A stretch of 64,000 nt of DNA from an uncultured SAR116 cluster alpha proteobacterium (GTDB lineage Bacteria > Pseudomonadota > Alphaproteobacteria > Puniceispirillales > Marisalimonadaceae), in assembly GCA_902625215.1 (NCBI GenBank), contig CACOAO010000009.1, forward strand, positions 4,051-68,050, written 5' to 3'. The position numbers and the translations under genes are program-made. The notes beneath the pieces are model-generated. The model searched no databases. It worked only from the letters and a program-made list of their open reading frames with translations, and was not told the DNA's origin. Of this stretch, positions 42,441 to 52,612 are shown in pieces. The stretch's first letter is position 1; every line of letters starts with the position of its first letter.

Positions 42441-43889
42441 ATGCGTATACAACGAAAGTTAGAATATCCATTATGGAAAATACCATACTTCATAGTTAAG
42501 AGTTTGTTAATATCCATTAAATTAATTAGAACTGGTATTTTGTTTCTTCTAATTGAAAATAAATATTTCAGTAAACAAATAGAATTAATTTTAAAAATTT
42601 TGAACAATATTTTTGGAAATAAAAACCAAAACGAAATTGGGGAAAAGCTATCTAAGATTTTAATAAATTTAGGACCAGGATATATAAAATTTGGACAAGC
42701 TTTATCAACAAGACCTGATATACTTGGAAAAATAACTTGTGATGAGTTAAAGAAATTACAAGATAACTTAAAACCTTTCCCAAATAGTATTTCTAAAAAG
42801 ATTATTAATGATGAAAATGAAGATTTTTTGCGTATAAGTTTAGCTTATTTTGATGAAAATCCAATAGCTAGTGCATCTGTTGCTCAAGTCCACACTGGAG
42901 TTCTTAAAGATGGAAAAAAAGTAGCAATAAAAATATTAAAGCCAAACATTCACAAACAATTATTTAAAGACTTCACTTTTTTTTACTGGATTGCAAAATT
43001 TCTTGAATTTTGTATTCCAAATGTAAGAAGACTAAAACTTTCAAAAAATGTGGAAGTATTATCTGAAGTATCTTTAAATGAGCTTGATTTAACATTAGAA
43101 GCCTCTGCAGCAGATGAACTTGCTGAAAATTTTAAAAATCACCCAAATTACAGAGTTCCCAAAATTTACTGGGAATTTACAACTAAAAATATGCTTGTTC
43201 TTGAATTTATAGAGGGGATTAGAATTGATGATGTAGAGTTACTTAATGCGTCTAAACATAACATTGAAAATATAACAGAAATAGGCACAGAAGTTTTTTT
43301 TCTTCAAGTTTTCCGCGACGGATTTTTTCATGGAGATATGCATCCAGGAAATATTCTAATTGATAAGAAAGGTGCTTTAGTACCTATTGATTTTGGTATC
43401 ATGGGTAGACTATCTAATAAAGATAGACAATTTTTAGCATTATTACTTACTTATCTTTTAAACAAAAATTATAAGAAAGTTGTGGAAATTCACGATGAAG
43501 CAAATATGTTAGGTAAAAATATTTCTCATGATCATCTTGCTCAAGCAATCAGGGCAATTTCTACGCCTATTTTAAACAAACCTATTGGTGAAGTGTCCTT
43601 AGCTAAATTATTAGGGCAAATACTAAGTTTATCAAAGAAATTTAATATAGAAGTACAGCCACAATTTACACTACTACAAAAAACAATGTTAATGGCTGAG
43701 GGTACAACTAGACAAATAAATCCAAATATCAATATGTGGGAGTTGTCTAGACCATTAATAGATAAATGGATTACTGAAACACATGATCCATTTAAGATCC
43801 TGGAAGAATGGTTTCATAAAAATAAGTTAGCTTTACTCAAAATACCTGAGATAATAAGTAAAATTGAAGAAATTTTATCAAAAAAATGA
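42441..43889 (+). CDS. ubiB: Ubiquinone biosynthesis kinase-like protein UbiB
   Basis: GPGYIKFGQALSTRPD, ASASVAQVH, VAIK, FHGDMHPGN and DFGIMG. Confidence 0.94.
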   Translation: MRIQRKLEYPLWKIPYFIVKSLLISIKLIRTGILFLLIENKYFSKQIELILKILNNIFGNKNQNEIGEKLSKILINLGPGYIKFGQALSTRPDILGKITCDELKKLQDNLKPFPNSISKKIINDENEDFLRISLAYFDENPIASASVAQVHTGVLKDGKKVAIKILKPNIHKQLFKDFTFFYWIAKFLEFCIPNVRRLKLSKNVEVLSEVSLNELDLTLEASAADELAENFKNHPNYRVPKIYWEFTTKNMLVLEFIEGIRIDDVELLNASKHNIENITEIGTEVFFLQVFRDGFFHGDMHPGNILIDKKGALVPIDFGIMGRLSNKDRQFLALLLTYLLNKNYKKVVEIHDEANMLGKNISHDHLAQAIRAISTPILNKPIGEVSLAKLLGQILSLSKKFNIEVQPQFTLLQKTMLMAEGTTRQINPNINMWELSRPLIDKWITETHDPFKILEEWFHKNKLALLKIPEIISKIEEILSKK

Positions 43890-43901
43890 AATATTTCATT
43901 T
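43884..43901. promoter_or_regulatory. Perfect 18-bp palindrome upstream of coaBC (candidate operator)
   Basis: AAATGAAAT|ATTTCATTT overlaps the ubiB stop. Extra TTCAT half-sites lie at 43906 and 43915, and TATAAT at 43924-43929. The palindrome is certain; the operator role is inferred. Confidence 0.45.
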
Positions 43902-43958
43902 ATTTTTCATATAATTCATTTATTATAATATTTTAACCATAATTAAACAGTTTTTATT

Positions 43959-45404
43959 ATGAATAAAATTTCACAACTTATTTCTTTACTCGGCGGCACG
44001 GGTGCTGTCGCAGAAATGTTAAAAATTCAACCCTCTACAATTTCAAATTGGAAAAAACTTAATAAAATACCAAGTACCAAACATACGGCTGTTTTAGAAC
44101 TAAGCTCTCAGTTAGATGTAAATATTGAAAATTTTTTGCCTACTAAAAAGTTGTATAATTTTAAATTTAAAATTTTGTTGATTATAAGCGGAGGCATAGC
44201 ATCATATAAATCTCTTGAAATCATTAGATTACTTAAAAAAACCGATGTTGAGCTGGATGTAGTTATAACTAAATCAGCTCAAAAATTTATCACACCATTG
44301 TTGGTTACAAGTTTAAATGAGAAAAAATGTTATATTGATTTATTTTCCGTGGATGATGAAGCTAAAATGAACCATATTAAATTAGCTAGAAGTCCTGATA
44401 TAATTTTAGTGGCTCCGGCAACAGCGAATATAATGGCAAAGCTTGCAAATGGATTGGCTGATGATTTAGCAAGTACAATTTTGCTTGCTTCTTTCTCCAA
44501 AATAATTCTAGCGCCTTCAATGAACCCAGTTATGTGGAATAACTTGGCAACTCGTGAAAACTACACAAAACTACTTGATAGGGGGATAGAATTTATTAAT
44601 CCAGATACAGGTGATATGGCTTGTGGTGAAAGTGGAACAGGAAGATTGCCTGAACCTAAATCAATAATTAACTATGTTTTCTCTTATTTTCATGAAAATC
44701 GAATTCTTGCAAGTCAATTAAAAAATATTTCAATTCTAATTACAGCTGGGCCAACAGTGGAAGAAATTGATCCAGTCAGGTTTGTGAGTAATAAATCATC
44801 AGGAAAACAAGGTTTTGAGATTGCCTCTGAATTAACAAGAAGAGGAGCAAAAGTCACTCTTATTTCTGGTCCTGTTAATATTCCTTTTCCAAATTGTGAA
44901 AATGTAATACAGGTTAATACTGCTCAAGAAATGTTAGATAATGTCAATCGACAATTACCAACTGATATTTTAATTTGCAGTGCAGCAGTTGCAGATTGGA
45001 AATTTATTCCAAAAAATAATACAAACAACAGAATTAACACACATAATAAAATTAAAAAAACTGATGGTAGATTACTATTTGAAGCATTAAAAAACCCTGA
45101 TATTTTGGAAACAGTTTCAAAAAGTAATCTCAGACCAAAGATCGTAATTGGATTTTCAGCAGAAACAAATAATATTAAAAAAAATGCTTATTCTAAATTG
45201 AAATCAAAAAATGCTGATTTAATTATTGCAAATGATGTAAGCAACAATAAAGTCTTTGGAGAAGATTTTAATAAAGTAATTCTTGTTGATAAAAATAATT
45301 ATGAAGAATGGAAAAAGCAAAGTAAAAAATCAGTTGCTTACCATCTAGCTAATAAAATACATAATCTTTTAATTAATTATAATCAAAGAGATATAGATGC
45401 TTAA
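43959..45404 (+). CDS. coaBC: Bifunctional PPC decarboxylase/PPC synthetase CoaBC with N-terminal Cro-like HTH extension
   Basis: CoaC starts near residue 71 (ISGGIASYKS, HIKLA, APATAN, PSMN, ACGESGTGR). CoaB has TAGPT.E.IDPVRFVSNKSSGKQG and GFSAET. Residues 1-60 are HTH-like. Confidence 0.95.
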   Translation: MNKISQLISLLGGTGAVAEMLKIQPSTISNWKKLNKIPSTKHTAVLELSSQLDVNIENFLPTKKLYNFKFKILLIISGGIASYKSLEIIRLLKKTDVELDVVITKSAQKFITPLLVTSLNEKKCYIDLFSVDDEAKMNHIKLARSPDIILVAPATANIMAKLANGLADDLASTILLASFSKIILAPSMNPVMWNNLATRENYTKLLDRGIEFINPDTGDMACGESGTGRLPEPKSIINYVFSYFHENRILASQLKNISILITAGPTVEEIDPVRFVSNKSSGKQGFEIASELTRRGAKVTLISGPVNIPFPNCENVIQVNTAQEMLDNVNRQLPTDILICSAAVADWKFIPKNNTNNRINTHNKIKKTDGRLLFEALKNPDILETVSKSNLRPKIVIGFSAETNNIKKNAYSKLKSKNADLIIANDVSNNKVFGEDFNKVILVDKNNYEEWKKQSKKSVAYHLANKIHNLLINYNQRDIDA

Positions 45405-46146
45405 TAATGAAGACTTAAACAGATATGCTAGGCAAGTAATTATTCCTAATTTTGATGAGCAAGGTCAAGAAAGATTACTTAATACCAGATGCTTAATTGT
45501 TGGTGCTGGTGGTTTAGGATGTCCTGTGGCGCTTTACGCATCCGCAGCCGGATTTGGACATATAGAGATTTACGATCAAGATATTATTGAAATTAGTAAT
45601 CTCAATAGGCAAATTGCACATAAAAATGAACATATTGGCAATAATAAAGCAGAAAATTTAGCTCAGGAGTGCCTAAAAATAAACCCAAATATATCAGTAA
45701 TTTCAGAGAAAAAAAAATTTGATGAAACAATTAGCGTTGATAATTTTGATTTGATTTTTGATTGTTCTGATAGTCCAAAAACAAAATATACTTTGAATTA
45801 TTTATCACACAAATCAAAAAAGATTTTAATTTCTGGTTCTGCAGTACAAATGGAGGGGCAATTAGCAGTTTGGAAAAGTGGATTGAATGAAGACTACCCC
45901 TGTTATGAGTGTATTTTTCCAAAAACTTTTGAAAAAGCTCCTACAACAAATTGCAGAGAGGCGGGAATAATTGGGCCTGTGACGTCTTTAATTGGCAGTA
46001 TGCAAGTTAATGAAGCCATAAAGGAGATAGCATTAAAGAATTATCAATCAACAGCAGGAAGTTTATTTTTGTTTGATGGGGTAACTCTAATTTTAGATAA
46101 AATTAAACTCACAAAAAATCAGCTTTGTTCTTTATGTTCAAATTAA
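45397..46146 (+). CDS. MoeB/ThiF family adenylyltransferase
   Basis: RYARQ, GAGGLG, SNLNRQ, CYEC...CSLC zinc ligands and NCREAG. Confidence 0.9.
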   Translation: MLNNEDLNRYARQVIIPNFDEQGQERLLNTRCLIVGAGGLGCPVALYASAAGFGHIEIYDQDIIEISNLNRQIAHKNEHIGNNKAENLAQECLKINPNISVISEKKKFDETISVDNFDLIFDCSDSPKTKYTLNYLSHKSKKILISGSAVQMEGQLAVWKSGLNEDYPCYECIFPKTFEKAPTTNCREAGIIGPVTSLIGSMQVNEAIKEIALKNYQSTAGSLFLFDGVTLILDKIKLTKNQLCSLCSN

Positions 46147-46150
46147 AACC

Positions 46151-46684
46151 ATGAATAAATATCTTTTAAAATACACATTTATTTTATTAGCTTCTATTTT
46201 TTTGATGATAAATTATATTTCATCTTCAAAAAATGCTTTATCAAGCTCAAAAGAACCCAAGATTTCTATTAATGGGAGTGGTTTGAAAATACCAAGAATA
46301 GTCTCATTAAGAAATTCACTAACTTATATGAGAACTGGACCTGGAAAAGATTTTCCTGTAAAATTTGAACTTTTACAAAAAGGTTATCCTTTAAAAATAG
46401 TTGCTGAATACAATAATTGGAGGAAAGTTGAAACATTTGACAAAATATCAGGATGGGTGCATACACAGTTGTTGTCTTCATTCAGAACGGGATTGATAAT
46501 CAAAACCACCTTTTTAAAAACAATCCCATCAAGTTCAAGCAATTCCTTAGCCAAACTTTTGCCTAATTTATTAATTAATGTAAAAAAATGTAATGATAAA
46601 TGGTGTAAAATTGAAATTTTGAAAAATAAAATATTCAGAGGTTGGGTGCAAAAAAGAGTTATATGGGGCTCAATAAAAAATTAA
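46151..46684 (+). CDS. Bacterial SH3-domain protein (two SH3b-like repeats, signal/TM)
   Basis: SGLKIPRIVSL, MRTGPG, WRKV...GWVH..LL and WCKI...GWV. Confidence 0.82.
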   Translation: MNKYLLKYTFILLASIFLMINYISSSKNALSSSKEPKISINGSGLKIPRIVSLRNSLTYMRTGPGKDFPVKFELLQKGYPLKIVAEYNNWRKVETFDKISGWVHTQLLSSFRTGLIIKTTFLKTIPSSSSNSLAKLLPNLLINVKKCNDKWCKIEILKNKIFRGWVQKRVIWGSIKN

Positions 46685-46759
46685 ATTTCTATATTTGTTT
46701 TATTTATTGTTTTTTATGATTATTGTAAGATAATTTAATTGTTATAAAGGTATAGTATT

Positions 46760-47266
46760 TTGGCTTTATTTAAAAACTCATTTAATTACCAAGAATTGAT
46801 TGATTGTGCAAAGGGAAAGCTTGCAGGCGTAGATTTTCCAAAATTGCCATTACCTCCTATGTTGATGTTTGATGAAGTAACAAGCATTAAAGAAACTGGG
46901 GGGGCTTACAATAAAGGTACAGCACACGCTCAATTTAAAATTACACCTGATAAATGGTTTTTTCCTTGTCACTTTGAAAATGATCCTGTTATGCCAGGAT
47001 GCCTAGGTATGGATGCGTTATGGCAACTATTAGGTTTTTCTCTTGGGAATATGGGTGGCAGAGGAAAAGGAAGAGCTATATCAGTAGGAGAAGTCAAATT
47101 TACCGGACAAATATTGCCGATAGCTAAAAAAGTTGAATATTTACTTGATTTTAAACGTATTATTATGAGGAAACTCATTCTTGGCATTGCTGATGGAAAA
47201 GTTTTATGTGATAACAAAGTAGTATTTGAAGCATCTGATATTAGAGTTGGCCTTTTTCAGGATTAA
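46760..47266 (+). CDS. fabA: 3-hydroxydecanoyl-ACP dehydratase/isomerase
   Basis: LPLPPMLMFD and WFFPCHFENDPVMPGCLGMDALWQ; TTG start. Confidence 0.96.
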   Translation: MALFKNSFNYQELIDCAKGKLAGVDFPKLPLPPMLMFDEVTSIKETGGAYNKGTAHAQFKITPDKWFFPCHFENDPVMPGCLGMDALWQLLGFSLGNMGGRGKGRAISVGEVKFTGQILPIAKKVEYLLDFKRIIMRKLILGIADGKVLCDNKVVFEASDIRVGLFQD

Positions 47267-47294
47267 TTAGTTCTTAAATTGACAGGAATAAAAC

Positions 47295-48524
47295 ATGGGT
47301 AATGAAAAAAGAGTTGTTATTACAGGTATGGGTATTGTTAGCTCAATTGGTAACAATGTGGAAGAAGTTAAAGACTCATTAATAAATCAAAAATCAGGAA
47401 TTGTTAAATCTAACACTTACAAAGAAATGGGCTTTAGAAGTCAGATACATGGTAAAGTAAACCTTAATCTTGAAGATCATGTTGATAAAAAGCAACTCAG
47501 GTTTATGGGAGCAGGTGCTGCATATTCTGTGCTTTCTATGGAACAAGCAATCAAGGACTCAGGACTTACTCATAAAGAAGTATCTAATCCCAAAACAGGC
47601 CTAATTGCAGGATCAGGAGGTCCAAGTACTGCTAACATGCTTCAATCCTTTGATATTGCTAGAGAGAAAGGACCCAAAAGAGTTGGTCCCTTTATGGTCC
47701 CAAGATGTATGAGCTCTACTGTATCAGCATGTATTGCAACTTTTTTTAAAATAAAAGGTGTTAATTTTTCTATAACCTCTGCTTGCTCTACTTCAGCTCA
47801 TTGTATAGGTATTGGAGCAGATCAAATTAAATATGGTAAACAAGATATAATTTTTGCTGGTGGTGGAGAGGAATTAGACTGGACACTTTCAGTTCTTTTT
47901 GACGCAATGGGAGCCATGTCAAGCAAATATAATGAAACACCAGAATTAGCCTCAAGACCTTATGACATCAATCGAGATGGTTTTGTAATTGCCGGTGGTG
48001 GAGGAATGCTTGTTCTGGAAGAACTTGAACACGCAAAAGCTAGAGGCGCTAAAATTTATGGTGAAATAGCTGGACATTGCGCTAATTCAGATGGTTATGA
48101 TATGGTTGCACCAAGTGGTGAGGGTGCGGTAAGATGCATGAGTGAAGCTCTAAGTGGTATTAATAAAAAGGTTGATTATATCAACGCTCATGGAACAAGC
48201 ACTCCTGTTGGAGATATGCAAGAGCTTCATGCCATTAAAGAGGTATTTAGAAATAAAGACTATCTTCCAAAATTAACAAGCACAAAATCCATAACAGGTC
48301 ATTCTCTAGGTGCAACAGGCGTTCACGAGGCTATTTATACCTTAATTATGATGAACAATAATTTCATCTCTGGGTCAGCAAATATAAATGAAGATGATCC
48401 AGAAATTGGATCTATTGAAATACCTAGAAAAACAATAAAAGATGTCGAAATAAATTTGGCATTATCAAATTCCTTTGGCTTCGGTGGAACAAATGCCTGC
48501 CTAGCTCTATCTAAATTAAATTAA
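47295..48524 (+). CDS. fabB: 3-oxoacyl-ACP synthase I
   Basis: [24 protein letters not shown] and NSFGFGGTN; follows fabA. Confidence 0.95.
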   Translation: MGNEKRVVITGMGIVSSIGNNVEEVKDSLINQKSGIVKSNTYKEMGFRSQIHGKVNLNLEDHVDKKQLRFMGAGAAYSVLSMEQAIKDSGLTHKEVSNPKTGLIAGSGGPSTANMLQSFDIAREKGPKRVGPFMVPRCMSSTVSACIATFFKIKGVNFSITSACSTSAHCIGIGADQIKYGKQDIIFAGGGEELDWTLSVLFDAMGAMSSKYNETPELASRPYDINRDGFVIAGGGGMLVLEELEHAKARGAKIYGEIAGHCANSDGYDMVAPSGEGAVRCMSEALSGINKKVDYINAHGTSTPVGDMQELHAIKEVFRNKDYLPKLTSTKSITGHSLGATGVHEAIYTLIMMNNNFISGSANINEDDPEIGSIEIPRKTIKDVEINLALSNSFGFGGTNACLALSKLN

Positions 48525-48535
48525 GAGATGAAACT

Positions 48536-49339
48536 ATGTCTTTAATGAGTGGTAAAAAAGGTCTGATCATGGGCGTTGCGAATCAACGTTCAATAGCTTG
48601 GGGTATTGCAAAAACATTAGCTGAAAACGGTGCTGAGCTTGCTTTCTCATATCAAAATGACGAGTTTAAGAAAAGACTAAAGCCATTAATGAGCTCTATC
48701 AAATCAGACAATTCTTTTGAGTGTGATGTATCTAAAGAAGCAAGTGAATTTAATTCTATTGAAAACATGTTTGAAAAGCTTTCTAAAGTCTGGAATGAAA
48801 TAGACTTTATTGTTCATGCCCTTGCATATTCTGATAAAGAAGAATTAAAAGGAAAGTATGTTTATTGTAGTAGAGAAAACTTTTTAAATTCTCTAGACAT
48901 TTCTGCATTTAGTTTTACAAGAATTGCAAAATCATCTCTACCTTTTATGTCTTCAAAAGGAGGAAGTTTATTAACTCTTTCTTATTTAGGTGCCGAAAGA
49001 ACTACACCTAATTATAATGTAATGGGTGTAGCAAAATCAGCACTGGAAGCATCAATTAAATATTTAGCTATGGATCTCGGTAAAGATAATATAAGAGTAA
49101 ATGCATTATCAGCTGGTCCTGTAAAAACTTTAGCTGGAGCTGCTATTTCAGGAGCTCGACATGTATTTAGGTATTCGGAGAGCGTTGCTCCACTTAAATT
49201 CAATCCTCAATTAAAAGAAGTTGGAGACGCTGCTTTATATTTAACATCTGAGTTGTCGTCAGGTGTTACTGGAAATGTTCATCACGTAGATGGTGGGCTA
49301 CATAGTGTCGCAATACCTAAGCAGGAAAATCTAGAGTAA
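48536..49339 (+). CDS. fabI: Enoyl-ACP reductase
   Basis: GVANQRSIAWGIA, YNVMGVAK and SAGPVKTLA. Confidence 0.95.
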   Translation: MSLMSGKKGLIMGVANQRSIAWGIAKTLAENGAELAFSYQNDEFKKRLKPLMSSIKSDNSFECDVSKEASEFNSIENMFEKLSKVWNEIDFIVHALAYSDKEELKGKYVYCSRENFLNSLDISAFSFTRIAKSSLPFMSSKGGSLLTLSYLGAERTTPNYNVMGVAKSALEASIKYLAMDLGKDNIRVNALSAGPVKTLAGAAISGARHVFRYSESVAPLKFNPQLKEVGDAALYLTSELSSGVTGNVHHVDGGLHSVAIPKQENLE

Positions 49340-49346
49340 TTTTTGA

Positions 49347-50138
49347 TTATTTATTTTTCCAAATAGGTTTACGTTTTTCTGAAAACGCTTCCATTCCTTC
49401 AGTGTGGTCATCAAGCGCAAAAGTAGAATAAAATAACGCTCTTTCAGACCGAATACCTTCTTCTAAAGTTGTTTCATAAGCTACATTTACAGCTTGTTTG
49501 GCTAATTTTGCTAATGGTTTAGATTGATTGGCAATTTTTATAGCTATATCTTTGAGAGACGCATCAAAATCATCACCTTTAAACACCCTAGCAACCAAAC
49601 CACAATTTTCGGCCTCATCTGCAGACATCATATCTCCAGTAAGTACAGCTAACATAGCTTTTGACTTGCCAATTGATCTTGTGAGTCTTTGAGTACCACC
49701 AGCACCGGGTATTGCTCCAATATTAATTTCAGGCTGTCCAAATTTTGCATCATCTTTAGCTATTACAAAGTCACACATCATTGCAAGCTCACAACCACCA
49801 CCAAGGGCATAACCTTTTACACCAGCAATTATAGGAGTTTGAATTTTGGGTATGTCTAACCAACCATTTTCAATATACCTACTTTCAGAAACTGAAGCAT
49901 AGTTCAATTTAACCATTTCTTTCAAATCCGCACCTGCTGCGAAAGCTTTTTCAGAACCAATTAAAACAATACATCCAATTGATGGATCTGTATCAAATTT
50001 TTCAGCTGCGTTCTTAATAGCTAAGATAAAAGCAGCTGATAGAGGATTAAGCTTGTTTTCATGAGATAGCTGTATCCATCCCACAGAATTTTCTGACCAT
50101 GTTTTTATCCATTCATTTTTTGGAGTTATAGTATTCAT
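49347..50138 (-). CDS. Enoyl-CoA hydratase
   Basis: AFAAGADLKEM, ALGGGCELAM, GQPEI and PGAGGTQRL. Confidence 0.92.
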   Translation of the reverse strand: MNTITPKNEWIKTWSENSVGWIQLSHENKLNPLSAAFILAIKNAAEKFDTDPSIGCIVLIGSEKAFAAGADLKEMVKLNYASVSESRYIENGWLDIPKIQTPIIAGVKGYALGGGCELAMMCDFVIAKDDAKFGQPEINIGAIPGAGGTQRLTRSIGKSKAMLAVLTGDMMSADEAENCGLVARVFKGDDFDASLKDIAIKIANQSKPLAKLAKQAVNVAYETTLEEGIRSERALFYSTFALDDHTEGMEAFSEKRKPIWKNK

Positions 50139-50150
50139 TTATTACCTCAC

Positions 50151-52271
50151 TTATTGATGTTTTTCTTGATTTTTGATTTCAATATCCTCTCCAGTTTCTT
50201 GATCAACTCTTTTCATTGATAATTTAACTTTTCCTCTATCATCAAAGCCAATTACTTTAACTTTTACTGTATCTCCCTCTTTACATATATCAGTAGTTTT
50301 TTCAGTTCTAGCATTTTGTAATTCAGATATATGAACTAATCCATCTTTAGTTCCAAGAAAATTTACAAATGCCCCAAAATCAACAGTTTTAACTACTTTT
50401 CCATTATATATTACGCCTAATTCTGCTTCAGCTACAATGTCATTTATCTTCTTTAGAGCTGCCTCTGATGAAGTACTGTCAGAAGCAGCAATTTTAACTG
50501 TACCATCATCTTCAATATCAACTTTAGCACCAGTACTTTCACATATTTCTCTTATTACCTTGCCGCCTGGGCCAATAACATCTCGAATTTTCTCTAGCTT
50601 TATTTTTAAAGTTGTAATTTTAGGAGCCGTATCTGCCAAAACTTCTCTAGAAGACGTGATTGCTTTACTCATTTCATTTAAAATGTGAATTCTTCCTTGT
50701 TTGGCTTGTTCCAAAGCAATTTCCATAATTTCCTTTGTAATAGAGGTAATTTTTATGTCCATTTGAAGACTCGTTACACCATCAACAGTTCCAGCAACTT
50801 TAAAATCCATATCTCCTAAATGATCTTCGTCACCTAATATATCGGAAAGAACCGAAAATTCTTTTTTCTCTTTAATTAGTCCCATAGCTATACCTGCTAC
50901 TGGTTTTTTTATTGGAACACCAGCATCCATTAATGCCAATGATGTTCCACAAACAGTTGCCATAGAAGAAGATCCATTTGATTCTGTGACCTCAGAAACA
51001 ACTCTTACAGTATAAGGAAAATCATCTTCTAAAGGCAATAAAGGATTGATTGCTCGCCAAGCCAATTTACCATGTCCAATTTCTCTTCTACCAGGAGAAC
51101 CAACTCTTCCAGCCTCTCCAACAGAATAAGGCGGAAAGTTATAATGCAACATAAATTTAGACCTATACTCACCTTCTAACGCGTCAATTACCTGCTCATC
51201 TTGTCCAGTTCCTAACGTTGCAACTACCAAAGCTTGTGTTTCTCCCCTTGTGAATAATGCAGAACCATGTGCTCTCGGTAATGTTCCAACTTCTGCTACT
51301 ATTGGTCTAATTGTCTTAGTGTCTCTTCCGTCGATTCTTTCTTTAGTTTTGAGAATATTACCTCTAACAATGTCTGCTTCTAAATCTTTGATTAAGGTCG
51401 ATATCAAACCGGAGTCAGACGTTTCATCAAATTTAGATAAAATCTCATTTTTTATTTCGCCTAAAGACTTTGATCTATTTGATTTATCAATTTGTTTATA
51501 TGCTTTTTCCAATTTTTTTCTAAAAGTTTTTATAATTTTGTTATATCCAGTTTTTTCAGATGACTCTTCTGGTATTGGCCGAGGCTCTTTTGCAGCAACT
51601 TCTGCTAACTCTATTATGGCGTTAATAACATTTTCCATCTCCTTATGACCATAATCAACGGCACCCAACATGATTTCTTCAGATAGCTCTGAAGCCTCAG
51701 ATTCAACCATTAAAACACCTTCTTTAGTGCCAGCAACAACTAAATCAAGACTTTGATCTTTCATTTGCTCTATTGTAGGATTCAAAATATAATTACTTCC
51801 ATCCCACCCGATTCTACAAGCACCAATTGGACCCATAAATGGCAAACCTGAAATTGTTAATGCAGCTGAGGTTCCTATGATAGAAACAATATCTGGATCA
51901 TTTTCCATGTCGTGTGCAAGTACAGTTGCAATTATTTGAGTTTCACTTTTATAATTTTTGTGGAAAAGAGGTCTGATTGGTCTATCTATTAATCTTGACA
52001 CTAAAGTTTCTTTTTCAGATGGCCTACCCTCTCTTTTAAAAAAACCACCAGGAATTCTACCAGCTGCAAAAGTTTTTTCTTGATAATTAACTGTCAATGG
52101 AAAAAAATCAGTGCCAGGTTTTACAGATGAAGCACCAACGGCTGTACATAATACAGTTGTGCCACCATAAGTAACCATAACAGCCCCATCTGCTTGACGA
52201 GCAATCTTACCAGTTTCAAATGTTAATAGCTTACCACCCCATGTGATTTCTTTTCTAAATACTTCAAACAT
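50151..52271 (-). CDS. pnp: Polyribonucleotide nucleotidyltransferase (PNPase)
   Basis: [26 protein letters not shown] and DHLGDMDFK; KH and S1 domains. Confidence 0.98.
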   Translation of the reverse strand: MFEVFRKEITWGGKLLTFETGKIARQADGAVMVTYGGTTVLCTAVGASSVKPGTDFFPLTVNYQEKTFAAGRIPGGFFKREGRPSEKETLVSRLIDRPIRPLFHKNYKSETQIIATVLAHDMENDPDIVSIIGTSAALTISGLPFMGPIGACRIGWDGSNYILNPTIEQMKDQSLDLVVAGTKEGVLMVESEASELSEEIMLGAVDYGHKEMENVINAIIELAEVAAKEPRPIPEESSEKTGYNKIIKTFRKKLEKAYKQIDKSNRSKSLGEIKNEILSKFDETSDSGLISTLIKDLEADIVRGNILKTKERIDGRDTKTIRPIVAEVGTLPRAHGSALFTRGETQALVVATLGTGQDEQVIDALEGEYRSKFMLHYNFPPYSVGEAGRVGSPGRREIGHGKLAWRAINPLLPLEDDFPYTVRVVSEVTESNGSSSMATVCGTSLALMDAGVPIKKPVAGIAMGLIKEKKEFSVLSDILGDEDHLGDMDFKVAGTVDGVTSLQMDIKITSITKEIMEIALEQAKQGRIHILNEMSKAITSSREVLADTAPKITTLKIKLEKIRDVIGPGGKVIREICESTGAKVDIEDDGTVKIAASDSTSSEAALKKINDIVAEAELGVIYNGKVVKTVDFGAFVNFLGTKDGLVHISELQNARTEKTTDICKEGDTVKVKVIGFDDRGKVKLSMKRVDQETGEDIEIKNQEKHQ

Positions 52272-52325
52272 AATATTTCCTCTAAATTCTAATACTATCT
52301 AATATATTAACAATTTTAATTGTAA

Positions 52326-52595
52326 TTATCTTCTTAAACCAAGTTTCTTAATGAGATTTAAATATCTATCTTCATTTTTGTTTTTAATATATTTTAATAA
52401 GTTTCTGCGTTGTCCAACCATACTCAAGAGACCGCGTCTAGAACCAAAATCTTTTTTATGAGTTTTTAAATGCTCAGTTAAGTTCTTAATTCTTTCAGTT
52501 AAGATTGCAACTTGCACATCTGCTGAACCGGAATCAGTTTCATTAATTCCGAAATTTTTTATAATTTCGACAGTCTTGTCTTTTTCAATCGACAT
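52326..52595 (-). CDS. rpsO: 30S ribosomal protein S15
   Basis: [13 protein letters not shown]...HKKD..SRRGL. Second ATG (52595) gives 89 aa. Confidence 0.97.
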   Translation of the reverse strand: MSIEKDKTVEIIKNFGINETDSGSADVQVAILTERIKNLTEHLKTHKKDFGSRRGLLSMVGQRRNLLKYIKNKNEDRYLNLIKKLGLRR

Positions 52596-52612
52596 CATAT
52601 TTACCTTTCTAT

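Noticed and set aside
43959-44150. HTH as a prophage cro remnant or separate gene
   Set aside because: It is continuous and in frame with coaBC, and there are no phage genes, att-like repeats or obvious compositional shift nearby. A distant phage origin of the domain remains possible.
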